Shown here: piece after piece, positions 19,075 to 28,913 of the stretch
How positions within the stretch are numbered: position 1 is the stretch's first letter
Layout of the letters: every line of letters begins with the position of its first letter
Assembly: GCA_035403965.1 (NCBI GenBank)
Contig: DAONGE010000002.1
Location: 64,466-128,465, forward strand
Length of the DNA stretch: 64,000 bases
DNA from: Candidatus Omnitrophota bacterium
GTDB lineage: Bacteria; Omnitrophota; Gorgyraeia; Tantalellales; Tantalellaceae
Direction: 5' to 3'
Notes under the pieces: generated by a model
Told to the model about the DNA's origin: nothing
Database searches by the model: none
What the model saw: only the letters and a program-made list of their open reading frames with translations
Position numbers and translations under genes: made by a program

Positions 19075-20205
19075 ATGTATGTATACAAAAAAAAGACGCT
19101 GAGGATATTGTTCACTATCGTTGACGCGATAGGAGGGGCTCTGTTTTTCTGTCTCAAACGCCGCAAGCCGGATACGTCGGCTATAAAAAAAATATTGGTA
19201 ATACGACTTGATCATATAGGCGATCTCGTGAATGCTTCCGTGGTTTTTGCTCCGTTGCGGAGGTATTTCCCGGGTTCAACTATTGAAATACTTTGTTCTC
19301 CCGCAGGGAAAGAACTTTATGGCTGTAATCCTGACATTGATAAGATAAATGTTTTCAAAGCGCCGTGGTTTAGCAGGGATAAGACAGGTTTTAAGGAAAC
19401 TTTACGGCAATTTTTTTTACTGGTGAAGATTATCCGGGAAGGGGAATATGGTCTTTGTTTTGACCTGAGAGGGGATTTTAGGCATATTCTTGCTATGTTT
19501 TTTTCAGGGGTCAGATGCCGGGTGGGTTACGGGATCACTGGCGGTGGTTTTTTGCTTACGCGGGAAGTGCCATATGCCGGGCTTGTTCATGAACAGGTAA
19601 GGAATTTGCGTTTACTCGGAGCCGTTGGTGTAAAAGAGGAAGAACCTAAAGTTGACATAAGGGCAGATGGCAATGGGGAAAAGAAAGCTAGAAATATAGC
19701 GATCGGATATTGTTCGGGAGAACAGTATTGTATAATTCACATGTTCCCGGGTCATCCAACAAAACGGTGGTCTTTGGATAGGTTCGCAGATATAATTAAA
19801 TATATAAAAGACGAAAAGAGGCTGATGCCGGTTCTGGTTGGAGCGGAAGCAGACCGTAAATATATGGAAGGTTTTCGGTCTAGGCCCGGATCGGACTATA
19901 TAGATGTTATCGGACACGCCGATCTTGGTACGGTATATCATTTGTGCCGTTGCGCCAGGATGTTTATCGGAGTGGATTCGGGTCCGGCGCATATCGCCGC
20001 TGCAAGCGGGGTCAGATGTATTGTTCTTTTTAGCGGGGTTAATGCTCCGGAAGAATGGGCTCCGTTGGGGACAAATGTCAGAGTGATCTGTCCCGGAAAG
20101 AACCGGGATTTGTCCGTGGTTCAGGTAAAGGAAGTGTGCGAGATAATTGATGAATATATCAACTTGTCAGAGAGAAGCCCCTCCAAGGACGGCATATTCC
20201 GTTAA
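19075..20205 (+). CDS. Glycosyltransferase family 9 (LPS heptosyltransferase-like)
   Basis: It has ILVIRLDHIGDLV and GVDSGPAHIAAASGV..IVLFSG. Confidence 0.75.
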   Translation: MYVYKKKTLRILFTIVDAIGGALFFCLKRRKPDTSAIKKILVIRLDHIGDLVNASVVFAPLRRYFPGSTIEILCSPAGKELYGCNPDIDKINVFKAPWFSRDKTGFKETLRQFFLLVKIIREGEYGLCFDLRGDFRHILAMFFSGVRCRVGYGITGGGFLLTREVPYAGLVHEQVRNLRLLGAVGVKEEEPKVDIRADGNGEKKARNIAIGYCSGEQYCIIHMFPGHPTKRWSLDRFADIIKYIKDEKRLMPVLVGAEADRKYMEGFRSRPGSDYIDVIGHADLGTVYHLCRCARMFIGVDSGPAHIAAASGVRCIVLFSGVNAPEEWAPLGTNVRVICPGKNRDLSVVQVKEVCEIIDEYINLSERSPSKDGIFR

Positions 20206-21709
20206 TTGCAGAGTACATAAAAAAATAAAAGAACTGGCAGTCGTATCGTTGCTGCTTATTATCGCATGTATTTTGATATTTACCAATCTTGACGGTCAAT
20301 ATTTATGTCAAGATGAAGGAAAAACGGCCGTATTGGCGGAACGGGTAATGGAATTCGGTTATCCGAAGGTCTATGACGGAAAAAATCTTGTCGATCCTGC
20401 GGTCAATTCCGGATATAGCAAAGATCGTGGGTGGAGAGATTATCCGTGGATACCATTTTATGTAACCGCGGTATCGTTCAAGATATTCGGGAGTAACGCC
20501 TGGAGCGCGAGATTTCCTTTTGCGGCAACAGGGGTCGTAAGCATATGTTTACTGTATCTGTTGGCCAGACAGGTGTTTAATGATAGCCTTGCGGCCGTAA
20601 TATCGTCAGTGCTGATCGTGCTTTCTGTTCCGTATATTCTTATGATGAGACAATGTGGGCATTACGCGCTTGTCTCTGCTCTGGTGCTTTTCATATTTAT
20701 ATTCTACAGGCGTTTTGTCGAAAGACCGGGATGGGGGGCTGCAGTATTGTGTTCCGGAGCACTTGTCCTGCTTGCATATTCCATGCATGTGATATTTATC
20801 TCCATATTTGTGGCGCTTGGATTCCACTTTCTTGTGTTTTGTCGTAAAAAAGAGTGTATTGTTCCGGTTGTATTTTGTGCTTCGGCGGTATTGCTTGCGG
20901 CACTGCCGTGGTTTTTATATTCGCATGGGGCGTGGTATGCTGCTCCGGTCACAAGGGGAAAAATAATGTCGAATATTAAATCTGATGTCGAAATGATGAA
21001 TAAATATGTTTTTCCAGTATTTTTTTTTGGAGTGGTATATATCGTAAGGGGTATGTGGAAGAGGAAATGGTCTTTATCTGTTCTTGATGGCGAAAGGAAT
21101 TATCTGGTTCTTCTGTGTACAGTCATTCTTGTCAGTGTCGCCACGCTTGCTGTTTCAGACGAAATGAATTTCAGCCATTTGGCGTTTCTTCTGCCGCTTT
21201 TAGCCATAGCGGAAGCGATGATACTGGTTCGCACATTCCGGTGGAATAGTTCGGTGTTTTATTCGTTCATGATTTTGTCTGTGCTTACTGGGGTTTTTAA
21301 TGTAGGACATCCGACATTCTGTTTTCCGAAATATCTTTATGATATGACGTATGAACACGACGGTCCAAGAAAAGAGGTAGTTAAATTCCTGAAGAAAAAC
21401 GCTATGCCGTCCGATATGGTTAAAATGAATCATGAAGATGCATCGGTTATGTTCTATACCGGGCTTAAAGTGGACAATTCAGGGATATATGACGATGCGC
21501 ATATGCCCGAATGGATAGTTTTTAGGCATGATTGTGGCGAGTCTTTGGATAGCCCCTATTATCAGAAAGTTCAAGCTGTGTATAATAGGTATGATGTTGA
21601 TTATGCCGATATCAAATGGGCGAATATGTCGGATGATATGGTATATAATAAACTGTGGACGGATGAATCCGATCCCGGAGTTATTATCTTCGGGAAGCGA
21701 AAGATTTAA
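20147..21709 (+). CDS. Polytopic membrane GT-C glycosyltransferase-like protein (ArnT/PMT_2-like)
   Basis: It has 12 or more TM helices and an ArnT-like loop QDEGKTAVLAERVMEFGYP. The annotated start overlaps the upstream gene by 59 nt, so the true start is uncertain. Confidence 0.45.
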   Translation: MMNISTCQREAPPRTAYSVNCRVHKKIKELAVVSLLLIIACILIFTNLDGQYLCQDEGKTAVLAERVMEFGYPKVYDGKNLVDPAVNSGYSKDRGWRDYPWIPFYVTAVSFKIFGSNAWSARFPFAATGVVSICLLYLLARQVFNDSLAAVISSVLIVLSVPYILMMRQCGHYALVSALVLFIFIFYRRFVERPGWGAAVLCSGALVLLAYSMHVIFISIFVALGFHFLVFCRKKECIVPVVFCASAVLLAALPWFLYSHGAWYAAPVTRGKIMSNIKSDVEMMNKYVFPVFFFGVVYIVRGMWKRKWSLSVLDGERNYLVLLCTVILVSVATLAVSDEMNFSHLAFLLPLLAIAEAMILVRTFRWNSSVFYSFMILSVLTGVFNVGHPTFCFPKYLYDMTYEHDGPRKEVVKFLKKNAMPSDMVKMNHEDASVMFYTGLKVDNSGIYDDAHMPEWIVFRHDCGESLDSPYYQKVQAVYNRYDVDYADIKWANMSDDMVYNKLWTDESDPGVIIFGKRKI

Positions 21710-21777
21710 TAATATAAGTAGCGTTGTGTACGATATTCTGATATTTTGACACTAAACTATGTTGTGTAAGGTGAAAA

Positions 21778-22872
21778 ATGCGAATAGGATTTGACGCGAG
21801 AATGATAAATCATCCGGGTATCGGACGATATATACGGTGTCTTTTACCCGAAATGTTCAAGTTGTCTCCGGACGATGAGTTTATTCTTTTGGGTAACCCG
21901 GTGGATCTTATAGCTTTTTCCGCCTATGAGAACGTGAACGTCCGGGAATGGAAAGCCCCGATTTATTCAGCGTTGGAGCAGTTTATCCTGCCGCATCTTA
22001 CGAAAGATATAGATCTTTTGCATGTGCCCCATTTTAATATCCCTATGAGCTACAGGGGGAAACTTGTTGTGACGATCCATGATCTGATATATATGATTTT
22101 CCCTGATTCGTTATCGTCTCCGGTGGCCAGGTGGTATGCTCGGTTTCTTATCAGTTCCGCTGTAGAAAAGTCGGAACGTATAATAGCGGTTTCGGAACAT
22201 ACGAAGAAAGATATAAAAAAGATTTTCGGTCCCGAACAGGAGAAAAAGATCGACGTTGTGTATGAAGCGGCCAGCAGCATTTTTAGAAGGGTCGAGGATA
22301 AAGCGCGAATCGCCGACGTGATATGCAGATATCGGCTTTCAGAACAGATAATTTTATATGTGGGGAGTATAAAACCGCATAAAAATGTCAGTACCCTTAT
22401 AGAAGTTTTTAATTTGCTTAAAAGTTGGGGCGTTCCGCATCAGCTTGTTATATGCGGTAAGTGGGATAAAAAAGAAGACAGACTGAAATTTATTTTGAGC
22501 GACAGGAATATCAGATACCTCGGAGAAGTTCCGACCGAGGATCTGATCGCCCTTTATAGTATGGCGGATATTCTTGTGCACTTGTCTCTTTATGAGGGAT
22601 TCGGTCTTACGGTACTTGAGGCAATGCAGTGTGGAACCCCGGTTGTAGTGTCAGAGGTATCGGCGCTTTCCGAAGTCGCCGGAGATGCGGCCTATGCCGT
22701 GCATCCGAAAAATGTGGATAATATCGCTGACACGATATATAACGTTTTAATAAACAGAGAGCTTAGGGATAAAATGGCCGAGTTTGGCCTGAAACATGTG
22801 CGGAAGTTTTCATGGGAATTCGCCGCGAATCACACGTTGGAAACATATAGGAAGACTTTGGGAAACCAATAA
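21778..22872 (+). CDS. Glycosyltransferase family 4
   Basis: The motif EGFGLTVLEAMQCGTPVVVSEVSALSEVAG matches GT4. Confidence 0.75.
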   Translation: MRIGFDARMINHPGIGRYIRCLLPEMFKLSPDDEFILLGNPVDLIAFSAYENVNVREWKAPIYSALEQFILPHLTKDIDLLHVPHFNIPMSYRGKLVVTIHDLIYMIFPDSLSSPVARWYARFLISSAVEKSERIIAVSEHTKKDIKKIFGPEQEKKIDVVYEAASSIFRRVEDKARIADVICRYRLSEQIILYVGSIKPHKNVSTLIEVFNLLKSWGVPHQLVICGKWDKKEDRLKFILSDRNIRYLGEVPTEDLIALYSMADILVHLSLYEGFGLTVLEAMQCGTPVVVSEVSALSEVAGDAAYAVHPKNVDNIADTIYNVLINRELRDKMAEFGLKHVRKFSWEFAANHTLETYRKTLGNQ

Positions 22873-22950
22873 AAGTGTCAAAGTGTCATGTATCATGCGT
22901 CAAGTATCATGACACATGATACAAAAGTGTAAAATAACCTTTGTATGACA
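22873..22950. promoter_or_regulatory. Operator-like cluster of TGTCA/TGACA half-sites and a 19-bp palindrome
   Basis: The sequence is aagTGTCAaagTGTCAtgtatcatgcgtcaagtatcaTGACAcatgatac...tgtaTGACAtaTGACAc. The palindrome gtatcatg-aca-catgatac lies at 22903-22921. Confidence 0.4.
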
Positions 22951-22951
22951 T

Positions 22952-24178
22952 ATGACACTTGAAAAACAGATAGGTGGATCGGTGTTAATAAAAAATGCTA
23001 AAGTTGCAATAGTTCACGACTGGCTTACCGGGATGCGGGGCGGAGAGAAATGTCTGGAAGTGTTCTGCGAATTATTCCCATCGGCTACGGTGTTCACACT
23101 TGTGCATAAGAAAGACAGCATGTCTCGGGTCATAGAAAATATGAATATAAGGACGTCTTTTCTTCAGAATATACCAGGCGTATCCGAAAACTACCGCAAT
23201 TTTTTACCGCTTTTTCCTTTCGCGATAGAGCGTTTTGATCTTTCGGGTTTTGATATCGTGATCACATCCAGCCATTGTGTGGCCAAAGGAGCCAGGTCTC
23301 CGGAAAAAGCCCTGAGGATCTGCTATTGCTATACTCCGGTGCGTTATGCATGGAAGTTCTTTGATGAATATTTCTCTTCCGTTAACCCCATAAAGAGGAT
23401 TGTTATTGCCGCGATACTTAAAGGTATTAAAAAGTGGGATCTTAAGGCCAATAAAAGGATTGATTATTTTGTGGCTATATCGGATAATGTTAAACAGCGG
23501 ATAAAAGAGTATTATTTGAGAGATTCAGACATAATTTATCCGCCTGTAAATCCTAATAAAGAAAATAAGATTAATATTAATATCTCGCGACCGTTGCAAC
23601 CGGCAGGAGAGGGGTATTTTCTTATTGTGTCGGCGCTAGTGCCGTATAAAAAGATCGATCTTGCTATCGAAGCTTTTAATAAAAGCGGTAGACGTCTAAT
23701 AATTATAGGGAAAGGCAACGACGAAGAACGGCTTAGACGTATGGCGGGTCCTAATATCAGTTTTTTAGGATGGGCCAATGACGGCGAGTTGTATGAATAC
23801 TATGCCGGGTGTAAAGCGTTGATATTTCCTGGTGAAGAGGATTTTGGGATTGTACCGTTGGAAGCAAATAGTTACGGTAAGGTGGTAATCGCTTATGCTA
23901 AAGGCGGGATCCTTGAAACAATGGTACCGTTCACCGGAAAAAATATAGAATGCGCCGGGTATCCGACTGCTGTTTTTTTTGATAGACAGACGGTTGAGGC
24001 GCTTAACGATGCGGTAGATGTTTTTGAACGAAATGTCGGGTGTTTTCTGGAAGATAAGATCAAGGCTAATGTTGGGCGTTTTTCGCGGGAGCGCTTCAAA
24101 AAAGAGGTCGCCGCGTATATCCTGGATAAATGGGAAGAGCGCGATAAAACGTTCAGCAAAGACGGTGAGCGGAACTGA
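22952..24178 (+). CDS. Glycosyltransferase family 4
   Basis: The motif EEDFGIVPLEANSYGKVVIAYAKGG is a GT4 EX7E variant. Confidence 0.7.
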   Translation: MTLEKQIGGSVLIKNAKVAIVHDWLTGMRGGEKCLEVFCELFPSATVFTLVHKKDSMSRVIENMNIRTSFLQNIPGVSENYRNFLPLFPFAIERFDLSGFDIVITSSHCVAKGARSPEKALRICYCYTPVRYAWKFFDEYFSSVNPIKRIVIAAILKGIKKWDLKANKRIDYFVAISDNVKQRIKEYYLRDSDIIYPPVNPNKENKININISRPLQPAGEGYFLIVSALVPYKKIDLAIEAFNKSGRRLIIIGKGNDEERLRRMAGPNISFLGWANDGELYEYYAGCKALIFPGEEDFGIVPLEANSYGKVVIAYAKGGILETMVPFTGKNIECAGYPTAVFFDRQTVEALNDAVDVFERNVGCFLEDKIKANVGRFSRERFKKEVAAYILDKWEERDKTFSKDGERN

Positions 24179-24181
24179 AAA

Positions 24182-25579
24182 ATGCGTATACGTAATGATG
24201 TGAGGCTTGGCTTAATACTTATGCTGGGGGATATGTTGGCTATAAATGCCGGCTTCTTGCTGTCGTATTGGGTCCGTTTTAATTCAGGATTGTTCAAAAT
24301 AACATACGGGGTTCCCCATATACATGCGTATCTGGAGGCCCTTCCGATACTTACTCTGATATTCATTTTTATAATGAGATTTGAACATCTATATGCGATA
24401 CGTGTACGGCTTTCGATAGTGGACGAATTTTTTCTTATAATGAAAGCCGATACGTTGAGCATCTTGCTTTTTATGGCGGGAACGTTCGTATATCGTGAAT
24501 ATTCGTTTTCACGAGGGATGCTCCTGATTTGCTGGATAGTTCTTCTTGTCTCTCTCGGTCTTTGGCGTTTTGCCGTGAATAGGGCGCGGTTTGTGGCTAG
24601 GAACAGATATATAGGCAAAAGACGGTTGATCGTGGTTGGTAACGGTGAGATGGCATGTCGTCTGGTCAGGCATATTACCGGTGATGCTCATTGGAACTAT
24701 GAGGTAGTAGGTATCGTCAAAATAAATGGGAACGGAAATAGTCTTTCTGAGTGTGGGGTTCCAGTTCTCGGTGATTTTAAAGATATGGTACGGATATTGG
24801 ATTCTGTGTCCGCGAATGAGATGATACTTACGGAATCGGAAATACCTCGTGACGAGATAATGAACATAATTTTTGAATGTGAAAAAAGAATGATCGAGTT
24901 CAGACTTGTGGCTGATATCCTTGGGATGATCACTTCCGAGGTTGATATGTGGACAATAGACGGTATTCCTCTGCTGGGGCTTAAAGAGACCCCGCTGGCG
25001 GAGGAATATAACCGTTTTATAAAAAGGACGGTCGATATAGTTGTTTCGGTGGGATTTATTTGTTTTTTTATGCCTGTTTTTATTGTTTTGGCTTTTCTTA
25101 TTAAGATATCATCGCCGGGGCCGGTATTCTATATGCAGAAAAGGGTCGGTGAGGACGGAAAACGTTTTACGATGATAAAATTCCGGACGATGATAAACAA
25201 CGCCGAAAAGGGAACTGGGCCTGTCTGGACAAAGGAAAATGATCCGAGAAGAACAGCTATCGGATGTTTTTTAAGGACTAGCAATCTTGATGAACTGCCG
25301 CAGCTTTTTAATGTGCTGAGGGGGGATATGAGTCTTGTCGGGCCGCGCCCGGAAAGACCTCATTTTGTCGGACAGTTTAAAGAGAATGTTCCGCGGTATA
25401 TGGCCAGGCACAAAATAAAATCCGGAATGACGGGCTGGGCGCAGGTGAACGGTCTTAGAGGGGATACGTCTATAGAAGAACGCACAAAGTACGACCTTTA
25501 TTATATTGAGAACTGGTCTATATGGTTTGATTTTAAAATAATGTTTATGTCGGCATTTGCGTTAAAAAATGCGTATTAA
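24182..25579 (+). CDS. Initiating polyprenyl-phosphate hexose-1-phosphate transferase (WbaP/WcaJ-type bacterial sugar transferase)
   Basis: N-terminal TM helices are followed by a C-terminal Bac_transf domain with KRxxDIVVS, PVFYxQxRVG, KFRTM and [21 protein letters not shown]. Confidence 0.85.
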   Translation: MRIRNDVRLGLILMLGDMLAINAGFLLSYWVRFNSGLFKITYGVPHIHAYLEALPILTLIFIFIMRFEHLYAIRVRLSIVDEFFLIMKADTLSILLFMAGTFVYREYSFSRGMLLICWIVLLVSLGLWRFAVNRARFVARNRYIGKRRLIVVGNGEMACRLVRHITGDAHWNYEVVGIVKINGNGNSLSECGVPVLGDFKDMVRILDSVSANEMILTESEIPRDEIMNIIFECEKRMIEFRLVADILGMITSEVDMWTIDGIPLLGLKETPLAEEYNRFIKRTVDIVVSVGFICFFMPVFIVLAFLIKISSPGPVFYMQKRVGEDGKRFTMIKFRTMINNAEKGTGPVWTKENDPRRTAIGCFLRTSNLDELPQLFNVLRGDMSLVGPRPERPHFVGQFKENVPRYMARHKIKSGMTGWAQVNGLRGDTSIEERTKYDLYYIENWSIWFDFKIMFMSAFALKNAY

Positions 25580-25584
25580 AAAAT

Positions 25585-26790
25585 ATGGATAAAAACAGAA
25601 TAATTTCAGGATGCGATCATGCGATAGAATGGGGCTTTTATGTTCTTATCGTGGCGGCCGCGTTTTCGACTTCTCTTGTCGAATTGTCGGCCGGGGTGGT
25701 TATGTTGGGATGGATATTTAAAAAGCTATTAAAGTTCAGATTTGATGAATTTAAGATACCCGCGTTTTTTTTCTTGGGCGCGTTTGTTTTATGGTCTTTG
25801 CTTTCATGTTTTGACAGCTCATATCCCAAAGAAAGTTTTCGGGGTGTTTGTAAAGTTTTGGAATATGCGTTGCTTTTCATGTCGGTCGCGTTGGCGCTTG
25901 AGAATAAGAAAGTATGCGGCAGGTTCGCTAATATAATGTTGGTTGCTGTTTTTATCGTTTGCGTGGACGGATTTTATCAGTATTTCGCCGGAACGGATTT
26001 TTTGCGCGGCAGGGAACTTATACACGATGATTATATGCGTCGGGTGTCGGCATCCTTGATACATCCGAACGATTTCGGGGCGTATCTTGTTGTTGTGTGC
26101 ATGATACTTGTTTCGACCATATTGTCTAACTGGAAAAACATCAAATACCGGGTAGTCGCCGCGGTTGTGCTGGCCATGGCTCTTTTGAACTTATTCTTAA
26201 CTCAGTCTCGCGCGGCTTGGTTGTCTTTTGCCGTTGCCATGCTTTGCTACGGTTGGGTCCATGTGCGAAAAAGATTTGTAGTATTCATCATAGCGATAGT
26301 TGGAATATTGATTTTTATGCCGCAAACTGCAAAAGACCGAATGGTGAACACAATGAATTTTAAACTTGGCACTCCGTCCTGGGAACGGCTCAAATTGTGG
26401 CAGGCTACGGTAAGTATGATAAAGGATCGTCCTGTTCTGGGGATGGGCGTGAATACATATAGCCGCAATTTTCCGAAGTATAGACCGGCCGATTATCCGG
26501 ACGTAAGGTACGCGCATAATTCATATTTGCAAATAGCGTCGGAGGTCGGGATCCCCGGTGTTTTGTTGTTTTTGGCTTTTCTTGTGTCCGCTTTTTATTC
26601 GGCATTCAAACGTTCTGATCTTTTCTCAGGATATCGTACGGACATTTCGTATGGTCTTTTGTGGGGGCTTGTCGGTTTTGCGATAGCTAGTATGTTCGAT
26701 ACGCATATGCAGTCCGTTAGTCTTGTGGCGTTCTTTCACGCTTTATTGGGATACTGTTTTTCACTTAATCGGCGGAAAGATGTTAAATGA
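25585..26790 (+). CDS. O-antigen ligase / polymerase-like (Wzy_C domain) membrane protein
   Basis: It is polytopic and has the Wzy_C-like region LFLTQSRAAWLSFAVAML plus a large periplasmic loop. Confidence 0.6.
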   Translation: MDKNRIISGCDHAIEWGFYVLIVAAAFSTSLVELSAGVVMLGWIFKKLLKFRFDEFKIPAFFFLGAFVLWSLLSCFDSSYPKESFRGVCKVLEYALLFMSVALALENKKVCGRFANIMLVAVFIVCVDGFYQYFAGTDFLRGRELIHDDYMRRVSASLIHPNDFGAYLVVVCMILVSTILSNWKNIKYRVVAAVVLAMALLNLFLTQSRAAWLSFAVAMLCYGWVHVRKRFVVFIIAIVGILIFMPQTAKDRMVNTMNFKLGTPSWERLKLWQATVSMIKDRPVLGMGVNTYSRNFPKYRPADYPDVRYAHNSYLQIASEVGIPGVLLFLAFLVSAFYSAFKRSDLFSGYRTDISYGLLWGLVGFAIASMFDTHMQSVSLVAFFHALLGYCFSLNRRKDVK

Positions 26791-27823
26791 CCCAAAAAAA
26801 ATAGTTCTGATACGCACGGATAGGATCGGGGAAGTCCTTTTATCAAGCGTAGCGATAAACTGTGTTAAGTCCGACTGTCCCGGGGCCGCTGTCACATTTG
26901 TTACGTCAGCTTATTCTAAAGATCTAATTGACGGCCGTGAGGATGTTGACGAAGTTTTGATCGTTGATACTTTCATGTCAAAAGGCTGGATAGTAAGGGC
27001 TATAAAACTCGCCGTGGAACTCAGACGACGGCATTTTGATCTGGCCGTTGTAATGAATGCGCATAAGATGCTTCACTTGGCCGTATTTCTGGCGGGGATC
27101 CCTCTGCGTGTAGGTTACGGCAGAAAATGGGGATTTTTGCTAAATAAGACGATCGAGGACAGCCGGGATAAAGGGGAAAAACACGAAATTGAATATACGA
27201 TGGATCTTATGAATGCAGTCGGCATAAATGTCCCTCCGGTAGCGCCGTGTTTAACCGTCAAAAAAGAGAAAAAGAAAAAAGTTGAGGAAATGCTGAGGAA
27301 CTCCGGAATAGATATGATGGCGCCGATTATTGCGGTGCATCCGTCAAGCAGTAACCCAGGTAAATTGTGGCCGTGGAAAAAATACGCGGAACTTATAAAA
27401 ATGATCAAGAGTGAGATGAAGGCCGATGTTGTGATCATAGGTGACCGCGAGAGCGCGTTACTTGCTGACGATATCATTGCGATGTCCGGCGTGAGATCGG
27501 TGGGGAATTTTTGCGGCAAAATGGATCTCAAAGAATTAGCGGCGTTTTTAAGCATGTGCGCCTTATTTGTGGGGAACGATACAGGCCCTATGCATATGGC
27601 TGCCGCGGCCGGGATACCCGTCATAGCGATCTTTGGGAGGAACGTTCCGGGAGTAGGGCCCAAACGATGGCGGCCATGGGGCGTACGGCATGTGGTTTTT
27701 CACGAAGAACACGAATGCGCCATATGTCTTGACGGTGATTGTCCTTTTGATCACAGATGCCTCGCGGATATACAGACGGAAAAAGTTTTTGAGGCGGTAA
27801 AGGATATTTTGAACAAAAAGTGA
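26780..27823 (+). CDS. Glycosyltransferase family 9 (heptosyltransferase-like)
   Basis: It has KIVLIRTDRIGEV and GNDTGPMHMAAAAGIPVIAIFG. The ATG at 26780 overlaps the upstream stop. Confidence 0.7.
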   Translation: MLNDPKKIVLIRTDRIGEVLLSSVAINCVKSDCPGAAVTFVTSAYSKDLIDGREDVDEVLIVDTFMSKGWIVRAIKLAVELRRRHFDLAVVMNAHKMLHLAVFLAGIPLRVGYGRKWGFLLNKTIEDSRDKGEKHEIEYTMDLMNAVGINVPPVAPCLTVKKEKKKKVEEMLRNSGIDMMAPIIAVHPSSSNPGKLWPWKKYAELIKMIKSEMKADVVIIGDRESALLADDIIAMSGVRSVGNFCGKMDLKELAAFLSMCALFVGNDTGPMHMAAAAGIPVIAIFGRNVPGVGPKRWRPWGVRHVVFHEEHECAICLDGDCPFDHRCLADIQTEKVFEAVKDILNKK

Positions 27824-27827
27824 TCCG

Positions 27828-28913
27828 ATGAAAAAAATACTCATAGCGAATATTTTCGGGATAGGTGACGTGCTTTTTACGACGCCGCTTTTGGCGAATT
27901 TAAAAAAGGCGTTCCCGGACGCAGCCGTCGACTATATGTGTAACGCGAGGACGTGCCAGATACTGCGGAACGATCCTTTGATAAATAAGGTTTTTGTTTA
28001 TGAAAAAGACGAGTACGCGGAGATGTGGAAAAGGAGTAAAACGGAATTTTTTAAAAGAATATTCGCGTCTTTGTCTGAAATTAAAGGAAATAGATATGAT
28101 GCGGTTTTTGATTTTACTTTATCGAGGGAATTCAATGTTTTCTTTTTCGCGGCCGGGATAAAAAAACGCATAGGGTTTGATTATAAAAGGAGAGGGCTAT
28201 TCCTTACGCATAAGATGCGGATCCCTTGCTTTGCCGGCAGGCATGTGATCGAGCATTATCTTGATCTTCTAAAATATGCAGGTGTGGATCCGGAGATCAG
28301 GAATATGCGGATATCGGTGAATAAGGCCGCGGAGGAGTGGGCGGATGCATATTTTGCCGCGCACGGGTTAGATGGAAAAAAAACAGTGGCTGTTATTCCC
28401 GGCGGCGGCGCGAGTTGGGGAGGACATGCCGGCAGAAAAAGGTGGGGATCGGATAAATTTGCCTGTGTCGCGGATGATCTTGTGCAAAATTCTTATCAGG
28501 TCGCGGTGTTTGGTGACGCTAAAGAAAAGGAAATATGTGACGAAGTTGTCGCCGTGATGCGGCATAAAGGGATACCGGTCGAGACCGGAATGGATATAAA
28601 TAAATATATAGCGGTCCTTAATAAATGCCGGCTTGTTTTATGTAACGACGGAGGTCCTTTGCATATCGCCGTAGCTCTTGGAAAGAGCACGGTTTCTTTA
28701 TTTGGTCCCGTGGACCCAAATGTATATGGTCCATATCCGTGGGACGGGAATCATGTTGTCGTTACCAAAGGCGGTCTTGAGTGCAGGCCTTGTTACAGTA
28801 ATTTCAGGCTACCTCAATGTGACAAGGATATGATGTGCCTTAATGGGATAGATCCGGATCTTGTGGCCGAAGAAGTGAAAAGACTATTAAAAGTACATGC
28901 GGCGGGCAAATAA
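27828..28913 (+). CDS. Glycosyltransferase family 9 (heptosyltransferase-like)
   Basis: It has ILIANIFGIGDVLFTTP and CNDGGPLHIAVALGKSTVSLFG. Confidence 0.7.
   Translation: MKKILIANIFGIGDVLFTTPLLANLKKAFPDAAVDYMCNARTCQILRNDPLINKVFVYEKDEYAEMWKRSKTEFFKRIFASLSEIKGNRYDAVFDFTLSREFNVFFFAAGIKKRIGFDYKRRGLFLTHKMRIPCFAGRHVIEHYLDLLKYAGVDPEIRNMRISVNKAAEEWADAYFAAHGLDGKKTVAVIPGGGASWGGHAGRKRWGSDKFACVADDLVQNSYQVAVFGDAKEKEICDEVVAVMRHKGIPVETGMDINKYIAVLNKCRLVLCNDGGPLHIAVALGKSTVSLFGPVDPNVYGPYPWDGNHVVVTKGGLECRPCYSNFRLPQCDKDMMCLNGIDPDLVAEEVKRLLKVHAAGK

Noticed and set aside
20147-20205. 59-nt overlap between the GT9 gene and the downstream GT-C gene start (MMNISTCQ...)
   Set aside because: It is probably a start-codon call issue rather than a genuine long overlap or programmed frameshift. 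No canonical internal ATG precedes the first TM helix, so the overlap is left unexplained rather than claimed as a finding.
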